This document shows, one piece after another, positions 19,401 to 26,525 of a stretch of DNA of 64,000 bases. A program made the translations under genes and the position numbers. Every line of letters starts with the position of its first letter. Position 1 is the stretch's first letter. The notes below the pieces were generated by a model. It did not search any database. It was not told the origin of the DNA and saw nothing but the letters and a program-made list of their open reading frames with translations. The stretch is from a bacterium (GTDB lineage: Bacteria; Patescibacteriota; Saccharimonadia; Saccharimonadales; Saccharimonadaceae): positions 626 through 64,625 of the forward strand of contig JAYSMZ010000018.1 of NCBI GenBank assembly GCA_043724245.1. Reading direction: 5' to 3'.

Positions 19401-19647
19401 AGTATCTTCTCAGGCAAGATATATGGAATCACATCCTGAAAAATATACCAAAATTCCAAACCCTCAATCAACCAGGGATTTAGAGCCGGGTGATATACTG
19501 GTTAAAAAGGACGAGAGTCATATTATGATTTATGTTGGCGACAAGCCTGGTGGTGATATAAGGAATGGCTCGTTGGGCAAATACGCACCGGCAGCTGCCA
19601 GCACGGGATGGTATATGGGTGATATAAAGGCTTACAGGTTAAAATGA
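16480..19647 (+). CDS. Four-module secreted cell-wall hydrolase (SGNH esterase + lysozyme-like transglycosylase + Amidase_3-like + NlpC/P60-like)
   Basis: 1055 aa with a signal/TM. SGNH blocks are LIGDSISVG, VGLGTNT and DGIHP. SLT-like motif: ALAYTESGGSYTVVNSSGFEGRYQIG. Amidase_3-like motifs: ILISPGHTGQTD ... NNVDLAFEIHTD. C-terminal Cys/His papain-like module: SPCNQFVGTVM ... GDILVKKDESHIMIYVG. Confidence 0.8.
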   Translation: MKMLTKNNFKKTNIYLCLLIMVLSTLLLPLKVLAVDLDFFSANDILFYMPCEVPTSSDNSSAGAASNGTIVLIGDSISVGLQNVGIAKKLKDNGYTDVTIDAAGSRSMLSPGDSTTNGLQAVDANKDKISSAGTIVVGLGTNTEPEFESNLKKMVKKIRNINNNIRIFWTNVGVTNTGAKASMDEYNKIIDRNKSALDYTVIDWHKEVIDNPSLIPIPDGIHPGANGYNKLAALVTKSVGKAGAISSSGGAPMDGTGNIPYDLPATSGKTGLESAIDENGKFIHSSEKVTFSSLAKKGQAYRDYYITMRWNYVSWNWDGTTADADNEQYAWMARTPRMVLVTNERTGKSIYAAALEAGPAPWAGAASGTSGASRNGWHNPQRGTPSEYTGRVSGFPPKAFSALGARQGMSSGSGDVLKYQWAPNQNATPGPTTDKVGSSNTQAVSSNPNCGCASSSSPSASTNGKFDKYLKALAYTESGGSYTVVNSSGFEGRYQIGPNYFNSYADNYPPGKQLGPHAATMPGDVQDAMVYLHLYEQYLKVDKDTLRLAAGWIWPAAADSPNDPAMDIVLPGNNGGLTPRKYAQIVLGNMKKSAAQKLELKYLDAPEFEKYYKKLDGNKNTPYGAFPGGGSSASTAGSSTGNGNANNAVSGASTGTKPKILISPGHTGQTDTKMMGNPAIIDHISPNPTEMQNVWDVAVIVKRKLEAKGYEVLMTKNSANGGIFSWDRAQMANDNNVDLAFEIHTDTGATYNHDWKVGEVWSQWKDGYREAGRNGNGQKVKLVASDAVMAKSQEYAKKVATARQEAGQTGVKGVVGTGKFGTRPAKPFDSSYPTPAGNIPLVMLWSKVPWIYNEVGGASGGLTDQQIQVYAEGLVNGVVESVPPGSGGSTSSECGNTSGDGDATAIVETAIKYSWDSLGAVHGCTPQDAYKEPWKKLYSGYSGACGNPDYSPCNQFVGTVMRSSAADNKFEPNVVSSQARYMESHPEKYTKIPNPQSTRDLEPGDILVKKDESHIMIYVGDKPGGDIRNGSLGKYAPAAASTGWYMGDIKAYRLK

Positions 19648-20012
19648 TTATTAATAAAAAGATTTATATCATAGCAATCGCAGCTGTTGCTGTTATATCC
19701 TTGTTCGCAATATTTATATTCTCACAAAAACCAGTTGATACAAATGTTGACAACGGAGAATCTAGCCTAAAATTTAACCAGGACAGCCAATCTGCCATCG
19801 CTGCCTATCCCATTATTGCTAACTTACCAAAGGATATGTCGCCCGTATTTAGAATTGATTACGGTGTTTCCCTTAAATATCCAAAATATTCGAAAAAAAT
19901 CGCACTGTATATCAGCTCTGACAGACCAGACAATAAATTGTCTGCAATAGAATACATTTATAAAATGGGGTATGACCCTTCTGAATACGAAATAATATTT
20001 AAGGGATTATAA
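19644..20012 (+). CDS. Small membrane-anchored protein, unknown function
   Basis: 122 aa with an N-terminal TM. ATGA overlap with the hydrolase gene. Confidence 0.45.
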   Translation: MIINKKIYIIAIAAVAVISLFAIFIFSQKPVDTNVDNGESSLKFNQDSQSAIAAYPIIANLPKDMSPVFRIDYGVSLKYPKYSKKIALYISSDRPDNKLSAIEYIYKMGYDPSEYEIIFKGL

Positions 20013-20016
20013 AACC

Positions 20017-20736
20017 ATGCAACCTATAATTGATTACTTCACAAAGATACCGAGGAAAAAATTAGTTGTTAGATTATTAGTCACATTTTTTGTTTTGGTT
20101 GCAATTATTTTTTCTGTTTCACTTGTCTGGAATAATTACAATAGTCAAAAAATTGTAACACTCAACCCATCGCCTGGTACAACTATTGCAATAGGCGAAC
20201 AATCCGGTGACGAACCCACAATAACAAAACAAATTGCTAGCACAAATACACTTAAAAAAGTAACTTTACCGGTTGGTAATTATGCTGTGAAATTTACGGG
20301 TTCGTCGGATTATCAAGACAAATATATCTCAATTTTTATTGATAAACCAACCGAGATAAAAACTCCTAACTTAATGTACACAAATGAAAAGCTAAACAAA
20401 TTATTAATTTCTGAAAAGCCAGCTATCCAAAGCGTCATCAAGCCAGTTTTACCGAACCAGGGTTACCAAATTGATCATGAAGCGCCGATGGAGAACGGTA
20501 ATTGGTATGGGGCAAGATTAATCCCTGGCGGGTGGTATGCGTCACCACTTTCATCAAATATTTTGCCTGGTTTAATTAACGAGGATAACACCGAAGATAT
20601 GTTGCTGGTTATTTTGAAAAAAGAGAATGGTGGATGGAAACTGATGGCAGGACCATCGATAATATTTTGGATTGACAACTACCCCAATATCCCTCAAGAT
20701 ATCATACGAGCAACAAATAAACTCGGTTTTTATTAA
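20017..20736 (+). CDS. Membrane-anchored protein, unknown function (last gene of T4SS operon)
   Basis: 239 aa with an N-terminal TM (LVVRLLVTFFVLVAIIFSVSLVW) and a soluble ectodomain. Confidence 0.45.
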   Translation: MQPIIDYFTKIPRKKLVVRLLVTFFVLVAIIFSVSLVWNNYNSQKIVTLNPSPGTTIAIGEQSGDEPTITKQIASTNTLKKVTLPVGNYAVKFTGSSDYQDKYISIFIDKPTEIKTPNLMYTNEKLNKLLISEKPAIQSVIKPVLPNQGYQIDHEAPMENGNWYGARLIPGGWYASPLSSNILPGLINEDNTEDMLLVILKKENGGWKLMAGPSIIFWIDNYPNIPQDIIRATNKLGFY

Positions 20737-21795
20737 TTATTTCAACATTATTAAATTAGTATTTTTCTTGAATCCCTTAATAACCACGTCGGCGTCGGTT
20801 GTTGTAATTATTGTTTGGTAATTTTTTAAATACTTCGTTATTGCTTGGCGACGCGATGCGTCTAGTTCACTGAAAACATCATCCAGCAAGATTATCGGTT
20901 TCGTGTTGGTTATTTGTTCGATGATTTCAACTTCCATGAATTTGATTGCTAGGACAATAGTTCGGACTTCACCACGTGAGGCAACGTCCAAAGCCGAGTA
21001 GTTATTAAACTTGAATATGACATCATGCCTGTGTGGACCCGTGCCGGTAAAGCCCAGAGATTTGTCTCGCTCAATATGGCTATGTAAGTCATTTAACAAT
21101 TTTTGTTTAATATCGCCGATATACGTATTGGAATAATGAACAGACGCAATATTGTGCGACATTGCGATTAAATTGTACTGATCGTTTAACTTACTGTTTA
21201 TTCGTTCAATAAATGCGATTCTTTTTTCAATAATATATGCGCCGTATTCACTAATCGCGATGTCCCACACAAATAATTCGTTTTGACCGACACCACGTTT
21301 TTTTAATAAATTATTTCTTTGTTTTAGCGCCCGATCGTATTTATGAATGGCGCTTTGATACATTGGGTCAAGTTGGCTGATAAAACGATCAATAAATTGG
21401 CGCCGTCTGGTGGGTGAGCCGTGTAGCAATCGCAAATCGTCCGGTTCAAATAATACGACTGGGTGTTTGAGTTTTGCAGGCAGCCGATACATTGTTTTAT
21501 CACCAACGACAATCTTTTTCCGACCAGTGGTTAGTTCCGGATTATAAGTTATTGTCCTTTTGATAAAATTATCAAACTCAATATCTATACGCCACCAGGG
21601 CGAATTGTAACGAAGAATATCATTGTCGGTTCCTTTGAATGACGTGCCCCGCAAACCAATATAGATCGCCTCGATTATCGAAGTTTTTCCGCTACCATTA
21701 TTACCGACAATTACCGTAACGGTCGGCGATAGGTTGATTTTAAATTTATCATGCGAACGAATGTTCTGAACAGATAATTTTTTTACCACCGTCAT
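20737..21795 (-). CDS. recF: DNA replication and repair protein RecF
   Basis: Walker A VGNNGSGKTSIIEAI, an SMC-like C-terminal LLDDVFSELD, and synteny dnaA-dnaN-recF. Confidence 0.9.
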   Translation of the reverse strand: MTVVKKLSVQNIRSHDKFKINLSPTVTVIVGNNGSGKTSIIEAIYIGLRGTSFKGTDNDILRYNSPWWRIDIEFDNFIKRTITYNPELTTGRKKIVVGDKTMYRLPAKLKHPVVLFEPDDLRLLHGSPTRRRQFIDRFISQLDPMYQSAIHKYDRALKQRNNLLKKRGVGQNELFVWDIAISEYGAYIIEKRIAFIERINSKLNDQYNLIAMSHNIASVHYSNTYIGDIKQKLLNDLHSHIERDKSLGFTGTGPHRHDVIFKFNNYSALDVASRGEVRTIVLAIKFMEVEIIEQITNTKPIILLDDVFSELDASRRQAITKYLKNYQTIITTTDADVVIKGFKKNTNLIMLK

Positions 21796-21807
21796 AACAG
21801 GTTATAA

Positions 21808-22908
21808 CTAGCTCTTTAGTGGCATAATAATATGATAGTAGTTGGTATCGGGTTTGGTTGAACGTAGTACACATGGTGCGATTTTACCGCTGAATTTAAA
21901 TTCGACTTCGTCACCGTCGATTACCGACAGCGCTTCACTTAGATACCGAGAATTCAACGTAATGTGACCGTCGTTGCTAACGTTTGCGTTGGTTTCTGAA
22001 TTATTTTCACCAAACTGTGAGGCGATGGAATGAACCGAAAGGGCTTTTTTCTCTTTGTCGGCTGTTATTGTAACACTGCCGCCGGATTCCCTGGCAAATA
22101 AACCAGCGATTTTGTTAATACGAATAAAATCATTTTTGTTTAAAGTCACGGTTGTTTCGGATGATTTTGGTACCAATTGGCGATAATTTGGGAAGTTTCC
22201 GTCAATTAAGCGGCTGATAATTTCAGCGTCGTTAATCCTAAATCTGACTTGGGTATTATCAAACAAAATGTCAATTTCACTTGTGTCATCGGTAATGTTT
22301 CGCATTACTTCGGACAGGGTTTGGGTTGGAATAATTGCTGATACATCACTTTTTGTTTCAACTAATCGTCTTTCTGATAGGCGATAACCATCGGTCGCAG
22401 CCAAATATAATTGTCCCTCAAAAGAATTCCAGTAAACCCCTGTTAAAATCGGTCTAGTAGAGTCATTGCTAGTGTTAATAATTGTTTGTGTTACCGCATG
22501 TTTAAAATCTTCGGTTTTAATACTGTATTGAATAGATGATGATTCATTGATTGTTGGTAGTTCTGGAAATTCATCGGCAATAAAACCATTAATTGTTGAT
22601 GTGTATGTACCACTCTTAATGTGCAAGTTGTCGTTTACTACTTTAAGTTCGATTGATTCTTTAGGTAAACTGCTGATGAACTCGGTCATTAGTTTTGCAG
22701 GAATTGTAATTGCTCCTTGTTTTGCAACTTTTGCTCCAATATATTGGGTTGATGCAATTTCAAGGTTGGTTGCGGCTACTAAAAGACGGTTTGCATCAGT
22801 TCGAAGTAAAATATTACTTAGGATTGGCAACTGTGTTTTTGTACTGGCAACACGCCCAACAGCCGAAAGAGCTCGGTTAAGATTTTCCTGGGTTACGGTT
22901 AGTTCCAT
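21808..22908 (-). CDS. dnaN: DNA polymerase III beta sliding clamp
   Basis: 366 aa. The N-terminus ...LNRALSAVGRVASTKTQLPILSNILL... is typical of DnaN, and the gene lies downstream of dnaA. Confidence 0.9.
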   Translation of the reverse strand: MELTVTQENLNRALSAVGRVASTKTQLPILSNILLRTDANRLLVAATNLEIASTQYIGAKVAKQGAITIPAKLMTEFISSLPKESIELKVVNDNLHIKSGTYTSTINGFIADEFPELPTINESSSIQYSIKTEDFKHAVTQTIINTSNDSTRPILTGVYWNSFEGQLYLAATDGYRLSERRLVETKSDVSAIIPTQTLSEVMRNITDDTSEIDILFDNTQVRFRINDAEIISRLIDGNFPNYRQLVPKSSETTVTLNKNDFIRINKIAGLFARESGGSVTITADKEKKALSVHSIASQFGENNSETNANVSNDGHITLNSRYLSEALSVIDGDEVEFKFSGKIAPCVLRSTKPDTNYYHIIMPLKS

Positions 22909-23184
22909 TATTATTACCTTTCTTTAATTTCATTTTTTAGGTTTGTTAATAGGTCTTGTGGAAACCTAGTAAAACTTTTATTCAACAGGTAAATACCACG
23001 TAAATCGGGTGTGTTTTCAGTTGTGGAAAGTTGTGGTAAAGAATGTTTATTAAAATACGCTTTTACTATTTGAATAACATATTTATATTGTTTATGTAAA
23101 CTAATAGGGGATAAATTGCCGTGTGTTGTACGGTCAAGTTTGCGCAGGTTGTTCACAATTTTTACCCATTGGCTGAATACAATA
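22909..23184. promoter_or_regulatory. dnaA-dnaN spacer with DnaA-box-like 9-mers and AT-rich tract (candidate oriC segment)
   Basis: TGTGGAAAC 22957-22965, TGTGGAAAG 23022-23030, TGTGGTAAA 23032-23040 and TTGTTCACA 23149-23157. Each is one mismatch from TTWTNCACA or its complement. There is an AT-rich stretch at about 23041-23100. Confidence 0.45.
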
Positions 23185-24555
23185 TTAGGCATATAACTTC
23201 TCCCTTATTGACGCTACTTGTTCGCGAATTAGAAAATCTAGTTTGATGGCTTTTTCAATTTTTTCAATCGAGTGAATAGCTGTGGTGTGATCTTTTCTCC
23301 CTAATTCACGCGCAATTTTTGGAAAACTTAGGTGTAATTCACTCCGCAACAGATACATTGCAATTTGCCTAGGAACAACAATATATTTATCCCTTTTTTC
23401 ACCACAAATCTCATCAAGTTCAAGTTGGAAGTGTTTAGCGGTTTTATCAATAATCTGCTTAGTTGACAAGTGTTGTGGTCTTGAATGACGAATATTGCCC
23501 AACAGTCCTTCAGCGGTCGAAATATCCGGTTCAATCCCGCGCATCTCGGCATAAGCCAAGAGTTGGTTCAAAGCCCCCTCTAGCTCGCGAATATTGGTTT
23601 TTATGTTTGTAGCCAGATATTCAGTTGTTTCGTGGTTAAGTGTAATACCAGACTGGGCGGCTTTGATATTCAAAATTGCACAGCGGGTTTCAAAATCGGG
23701 CATTTGAATATCGATCGCCATACCCATTTCAAAGCGGCTTCGCAAACGTTCGGTTAAGGTTGGGATGCTTTTAGGTGGTTTGTCGCTACTGATGATAATC
23801 TGTTTATTGTTTTGGTGTAGGTGGTTAAAGGTGTGAAAGAATTCTTCTTGGGTTTTTTCTTTGCCAGCAATAAATTGCATATCATCGACAATTAATACGT
23901 CAACATTGCGATATTTTTCAGAAAACCCCTTTTTCTTGAACCGGATATGGTCTAAAAACTCACTAACGAAGGTTTCTGAACTGATATACAAAACACGGAT
24001 TTTTGGGTCTTTTTTAATAATTTCGTTACCAATTGCCTGGGCCAGGTGAGTTTTACCAAGGCCGACTCCGCCGTATAAATAAAGCGGGTTATATTTAACA
24101 CCTGGATTAGCTGCCACCGCCTGGCTGGCTGTATATGCTAGGTCATTACTTGAACCGACGATAAAATTATCAAATGAATATCGTGGATTCAGGTTGCCGG
24201 CAGAAGTTTGGCCGATTTTGGATTTATTATTGACAGACAGCAGCCCCTCAATATCAGTTGTGAACGCTGTGGCTGTGGTTGTTTCGCGGCTGGAACGTGT
24301 GTTCCTTCCTGTTGTATTGATAGTATAGGTGATTTGTTTTGGATTAATGCCATTTTTTGACAAAACACCACGGACTTGATCGTTGAATTTAACTTCAAAC
24401 TGTTTTTTTGCAAATATATTTGGAACAGATATGACTATACCGGCTTCATTTTGGTCTAATAGCTCAGTGTTTTTAAACCATGTCGTGAAAGTTGCGTGCG
24501 AAACCGAAAGCTCGATCTCTCCAAGCACACTCTGCCACAACGCCGCATTTTGCAT
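23185..24555 (-). CDS. dnaA: Chromosomal replication initiator DnaA
   Basis: 456 aa. AAA+ Walker A LYGGVGLGKTHLAQA, a box VII region, and a C-terminal DNA-binding motif GRKDHTTAIHSIEKI. Confidence 0.95.
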   Translation of the reverse strand: MQNAALWQSVLGEIELSVSHATFTTWFKNTELLDQNEAGIVISVPNIFAKKQFEVKFNDQVRGVLSKNGINPKQITYTINTTGRNTRSSRETTTATAFTTDIEGLLSVNNKSKIGQTSAGNLNPRYSFDNFIVGSSNDLAYTASQAVAANPGVKYNPLYLYGGVGLGKTHLAQAIGNEIIKKDPKIRVLYISSETFVSEFLDHIRFKKKGFSEKYRNVDVLIVDDMQFIAGKEKTQEEFFHTFNHLHQNNKQIIISSDKPPKSIPTLTERLRSRFEMGMAIDIQMPDFETRCAILNIKAAQSGITLNHETTEYLATNIKTNIRELEGALNQLLAYAEMRGIEPDISTAEGLLGNIRHSRPQHLSTKQIIDKTAKHFQLELDEICGEKRDKYIVVPRQIAMYLLRSELHLSFPKIARELGRKDHTTAIHSIEKIEKAIKLDFLIREQVASIREKLYA

Positions 24556-24810
24556 ATTTATCCCTCTTCTTTAAACACGATTTATTACCTATAACTATAA
24601 CGAACATTGGGGTTTTCCACAACCCAATAGGTAGTGTAGAAACCACGACGAAATAGAGGTAGGTGTTATACACAGCAGACATCTACCCCAATAAATATGT
24701 GGAAAAACATTGGTTTTTAGGGGACAACTTTTTATATCAAACAATCCAATCCGCAAAATTTCAAGGCTTATCTTGCTAAAAGGGGTGATTTTAGGTAGAA
24801 TAGTACGGAT
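24556..24810. promoter_or_regulatory. dnaA/rpmH divergent region with three perfect DnaA boxes (candidate oriC segment) and rpmH promoter
   Basis: Perfect TTWTNCACA matches: TTTTCCACA 24613-24621, TTATACACA 24666-24674 and TGTGGAAAA 24698-24706 (complement orientation). Promoter-like TTGCTA 24773-24778, 17 nt, TAGAAT 24796-24801. Confidence 0.55.
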
Positions 24811-24948
24811 ATGCCAAAAAGAACGTTCCAGCCACACACTAGGCACCGCGCCAAAACTCACGGATTTCGTGCACGTATTTCGACCAAAGCCGGGCGAAAT
24901 GTTATTAAACGACGTCGCGTCAAAGGTCGCGCCAAGTTGACCGCCTAA
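24811..24948 (+). CDS. rpmH: 50S ribosomal protein L34
   Basis: Below the ORF-track size cutoff. My translation is [45 protein letters not shown]. This is the canonical L34 sequence, in the canonical position upstream of rnpA. Confidence 0.9.
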   Translation: MPKRTFQPHTRHRAKTHGFRARISTKAGRNVIKRRRVKGRAKLTA

Positions 24949-24985
24949 TTTGGCTATTAGAATTTAGAAGATAGCCAATAGCAAT

Positions 24986-25015
24986 AAATAGCAGCGCAAA
25001 GCTGCTTATTTGTTT
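24986..25015 (+). terminator. Possible intrinsic terminator after rpmH
   Basis: Stem GCAGC(24991-24995)/GCTGC(25001-25005), extendable by A/T pairs with one bulge, followed by ttatttgttt. Confidence 0.4.
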
Positions 25016-25037
25016 GGATTAACCTTAACTGGCAAAT

Positions 25038-25105
25038 GGAATATAGCTATTGGCTATTGGGACTTGTTTAATTAGCCATCTTCCAATAGCCAACTTCCAC
25101 ATTCC
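25038..25105. repeat. GGCTATTGG-family palindromic intergenic element, locus A (plus a satellite at 24951-24982)
   Basis: Left arm GGAATATAGCTATTGGCTATTGG (25038-25060). Right arm CCAATAGCCAACTTCCACATTCC (25083-25105). The arms share an inverted TTGGCTATTGG core plus GGAAT/ATTCC. Upstream satellite: TGGCTATTAGAAT...ATAGCCAATAGC at 24951-24982. Confidence 0.8.
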
Positions 25106-25126
25106 AAATACGATATACTTAATCAT

Positions 25127-25510
25127 ATGATTCCTTATACTAATCGCTTTCACGGTCACAGTAGTCTGAACTATGTTTACAAAAATGGCCAAGCTGTTCG
25201 TAGCCACTTGGTTACGATTAAATATGTATCAAACAAGCATCGTGAAGCGTCCAGGATAGCGGTAGTTATTAGCAAAAAAACCTTAAAAAGTGCCGTTCGA
25301 CGAAATCGTATTCGCCGGCGAGTATATGAACAGGTCAGGTTGCGACTACCAAACCTAAAAGCAGTTTACGATATCGTATTTATTGTTACTTCTGGTGAGT
25401 TTATTAATTTATCTTTTGAAGAAATGTCACAGCAAATTGATCAGCTTTTTGACGGGGCCAGGATAATTAACAAGAAAAAAATCGTAAAAACAGCGCCAAA
25501 AAATCCATAA
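25127..25510 (+). CDS. rnpA: Ribonuclease P protein component
   Basis: 127 aa, basic, with the motif KKTLKSAVRRNRIRRRVYE. Synteny rpmH-rnpA-yidC. Confidence 0.85.
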   Translation: MIPYTNRFHGHSSLNYVYKNGQAVRSHLVTIKYVSNKHREASRIAVVISKKTLKSAVRRNRIRRRVYEQVRLRLPNLKAVYDIVFIVTSGEFINLSFEEMSQQIDQLFDGARIINKKKIVKTAPKNP

Positions 25511-25562
25511 ACTGCTATAATATATACATAAATACTAGTGCCGGTTTGGAGTTATTAGGCCT

Positions 25563-26522
25563 GTGGATATTTTTCAAATTATTGTTGTTCAGCCAATATT
25601 TAACCTGTTGATCGCTCTTTACAGTATCATCCCAGGCGGTGATTTTGGCGTTGCCGTAATTATATTTACGGTTATTGTTCGGTTCGCAATGTGGCCACTG
25701 GTTAAAAAACAGCTTCACCAAACCAAAGCCATGCAAAAGATGCAACCCGAACTTGCCAGAATAAAACGTGAAACCAAGGGTAACAAACAACTTGAAGGCG
25801 TGCGCATGATGGAACTTTACAAAAAACACGATATCAGCCCGTTCCGTTCAATCGGTATTTTGTTAATCCAACTCCCGATTTTTATTGCGCTATATCAAGT
25901 GATTCAGATTTTTACCCTGCATCGTGACCAAATCGGTAAATATACCTATGAATTTCTTAAATTTTTGGAGCCTGTCAAGGATTTGATTGCTCATCCAAAT
26001 CATTTTAACGAAACATCGCTTGGTTTTATCAGCTTAACCGGACAAGCCCTTAGAACCAACCCGTTTGCAATTAACATCGCCTTAATGATTTTGGCAATCG
26101 GCGCGGCTTATACGCAGTACGTTATGGCTAGACAAATTACACCTAAAACTAAAAGCAAAAAACGTCTGCGAGACATTATGACCGAAGCGTCATCGGGTAA
26201 AGAAACCGACAAAAGCGAGATGAACTCAATCATGATGGGATCTATGACTAAATTCTTGCCAGTCATGATGTTCCTGATTATTATTAACCTTCCGGGGGCA
26301 ATTGCTCTTTATTACACCGTTCAAAACATTGTTGCGGTTATTCAACAGGGGAAAGTGTTAAAAGAAGACACAAGTGAAATGATTGAGATAGCCGACGAAG
26401 CACCCGTGACTGCACACAAAAAGGCAACCGCCAAAGCGCGCGCCAAAGACGCTAGGCAAGCAACAATAATTCGTATCAAAGCCAAAGACCAGGCAGGTTG
26501 GCAAGGTAAAAAGAAAGGTTAA
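25563..26522 (+). CDS. yidC: Membrane protein insertase YidC/Oxa1 family
   Basis: 319 aa, short Gram-positive-type YidC. Motif IIFTVIVRFAMWPLVKKQLHQTKAMQKMQPELARIK, multiple TM helices and a basic C-terminal tail. Confidence 0.85.
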   Translation: MDIFQIIVVQPIFNLLIALYSIIPGGDFGVAVIIFTVIVRFAMWPLVKKQLHQTKAMQKMQPELARIKRETKGNKQLEGVRMMELYKKHDISPFRSIGILLIQLPIFIALYQVIQIFTLHRDQIGKYTYEFLKFLEPVKDLIAHPNHFNETSLGFISLTGQALRTNPFAINIALMILAIGAAYTQYVMARQITPKTKSKKRLRDIMTEASSGKETDKSEMNSIMMGSMTKFLPVMMFLIIINLPGAIALYYTVQNIVAVIQQGKVLKEDTSEMIEIADEAPVTAHKKATAKARAKDARQATIIRIKAKDQAGWQGKKKG

Positions 26523-26525
26523 CCC

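Noticed and set aside
1-20736. T4SS locus as part of an integrated conjugative element or plasmid.
   Set aside because: No integrase, relaxase, coupling protein, replication/partition genes or tRNA/att boundaries are visible. The locus directly abuts recF-dnaN-dnaA. This cannot be fully excluded, because the region upstream of position 1 is not in the window.
22914-23192. 92-aa ORF filling the dnaA-dnaN spacer.
   Set aside because: It overlaps the dnaA stop, has no recognisable motif, and the DNA carries DnaA-box-like 9-mers and an AT-rich tract. It is better explained as origin or regulatory DNA.
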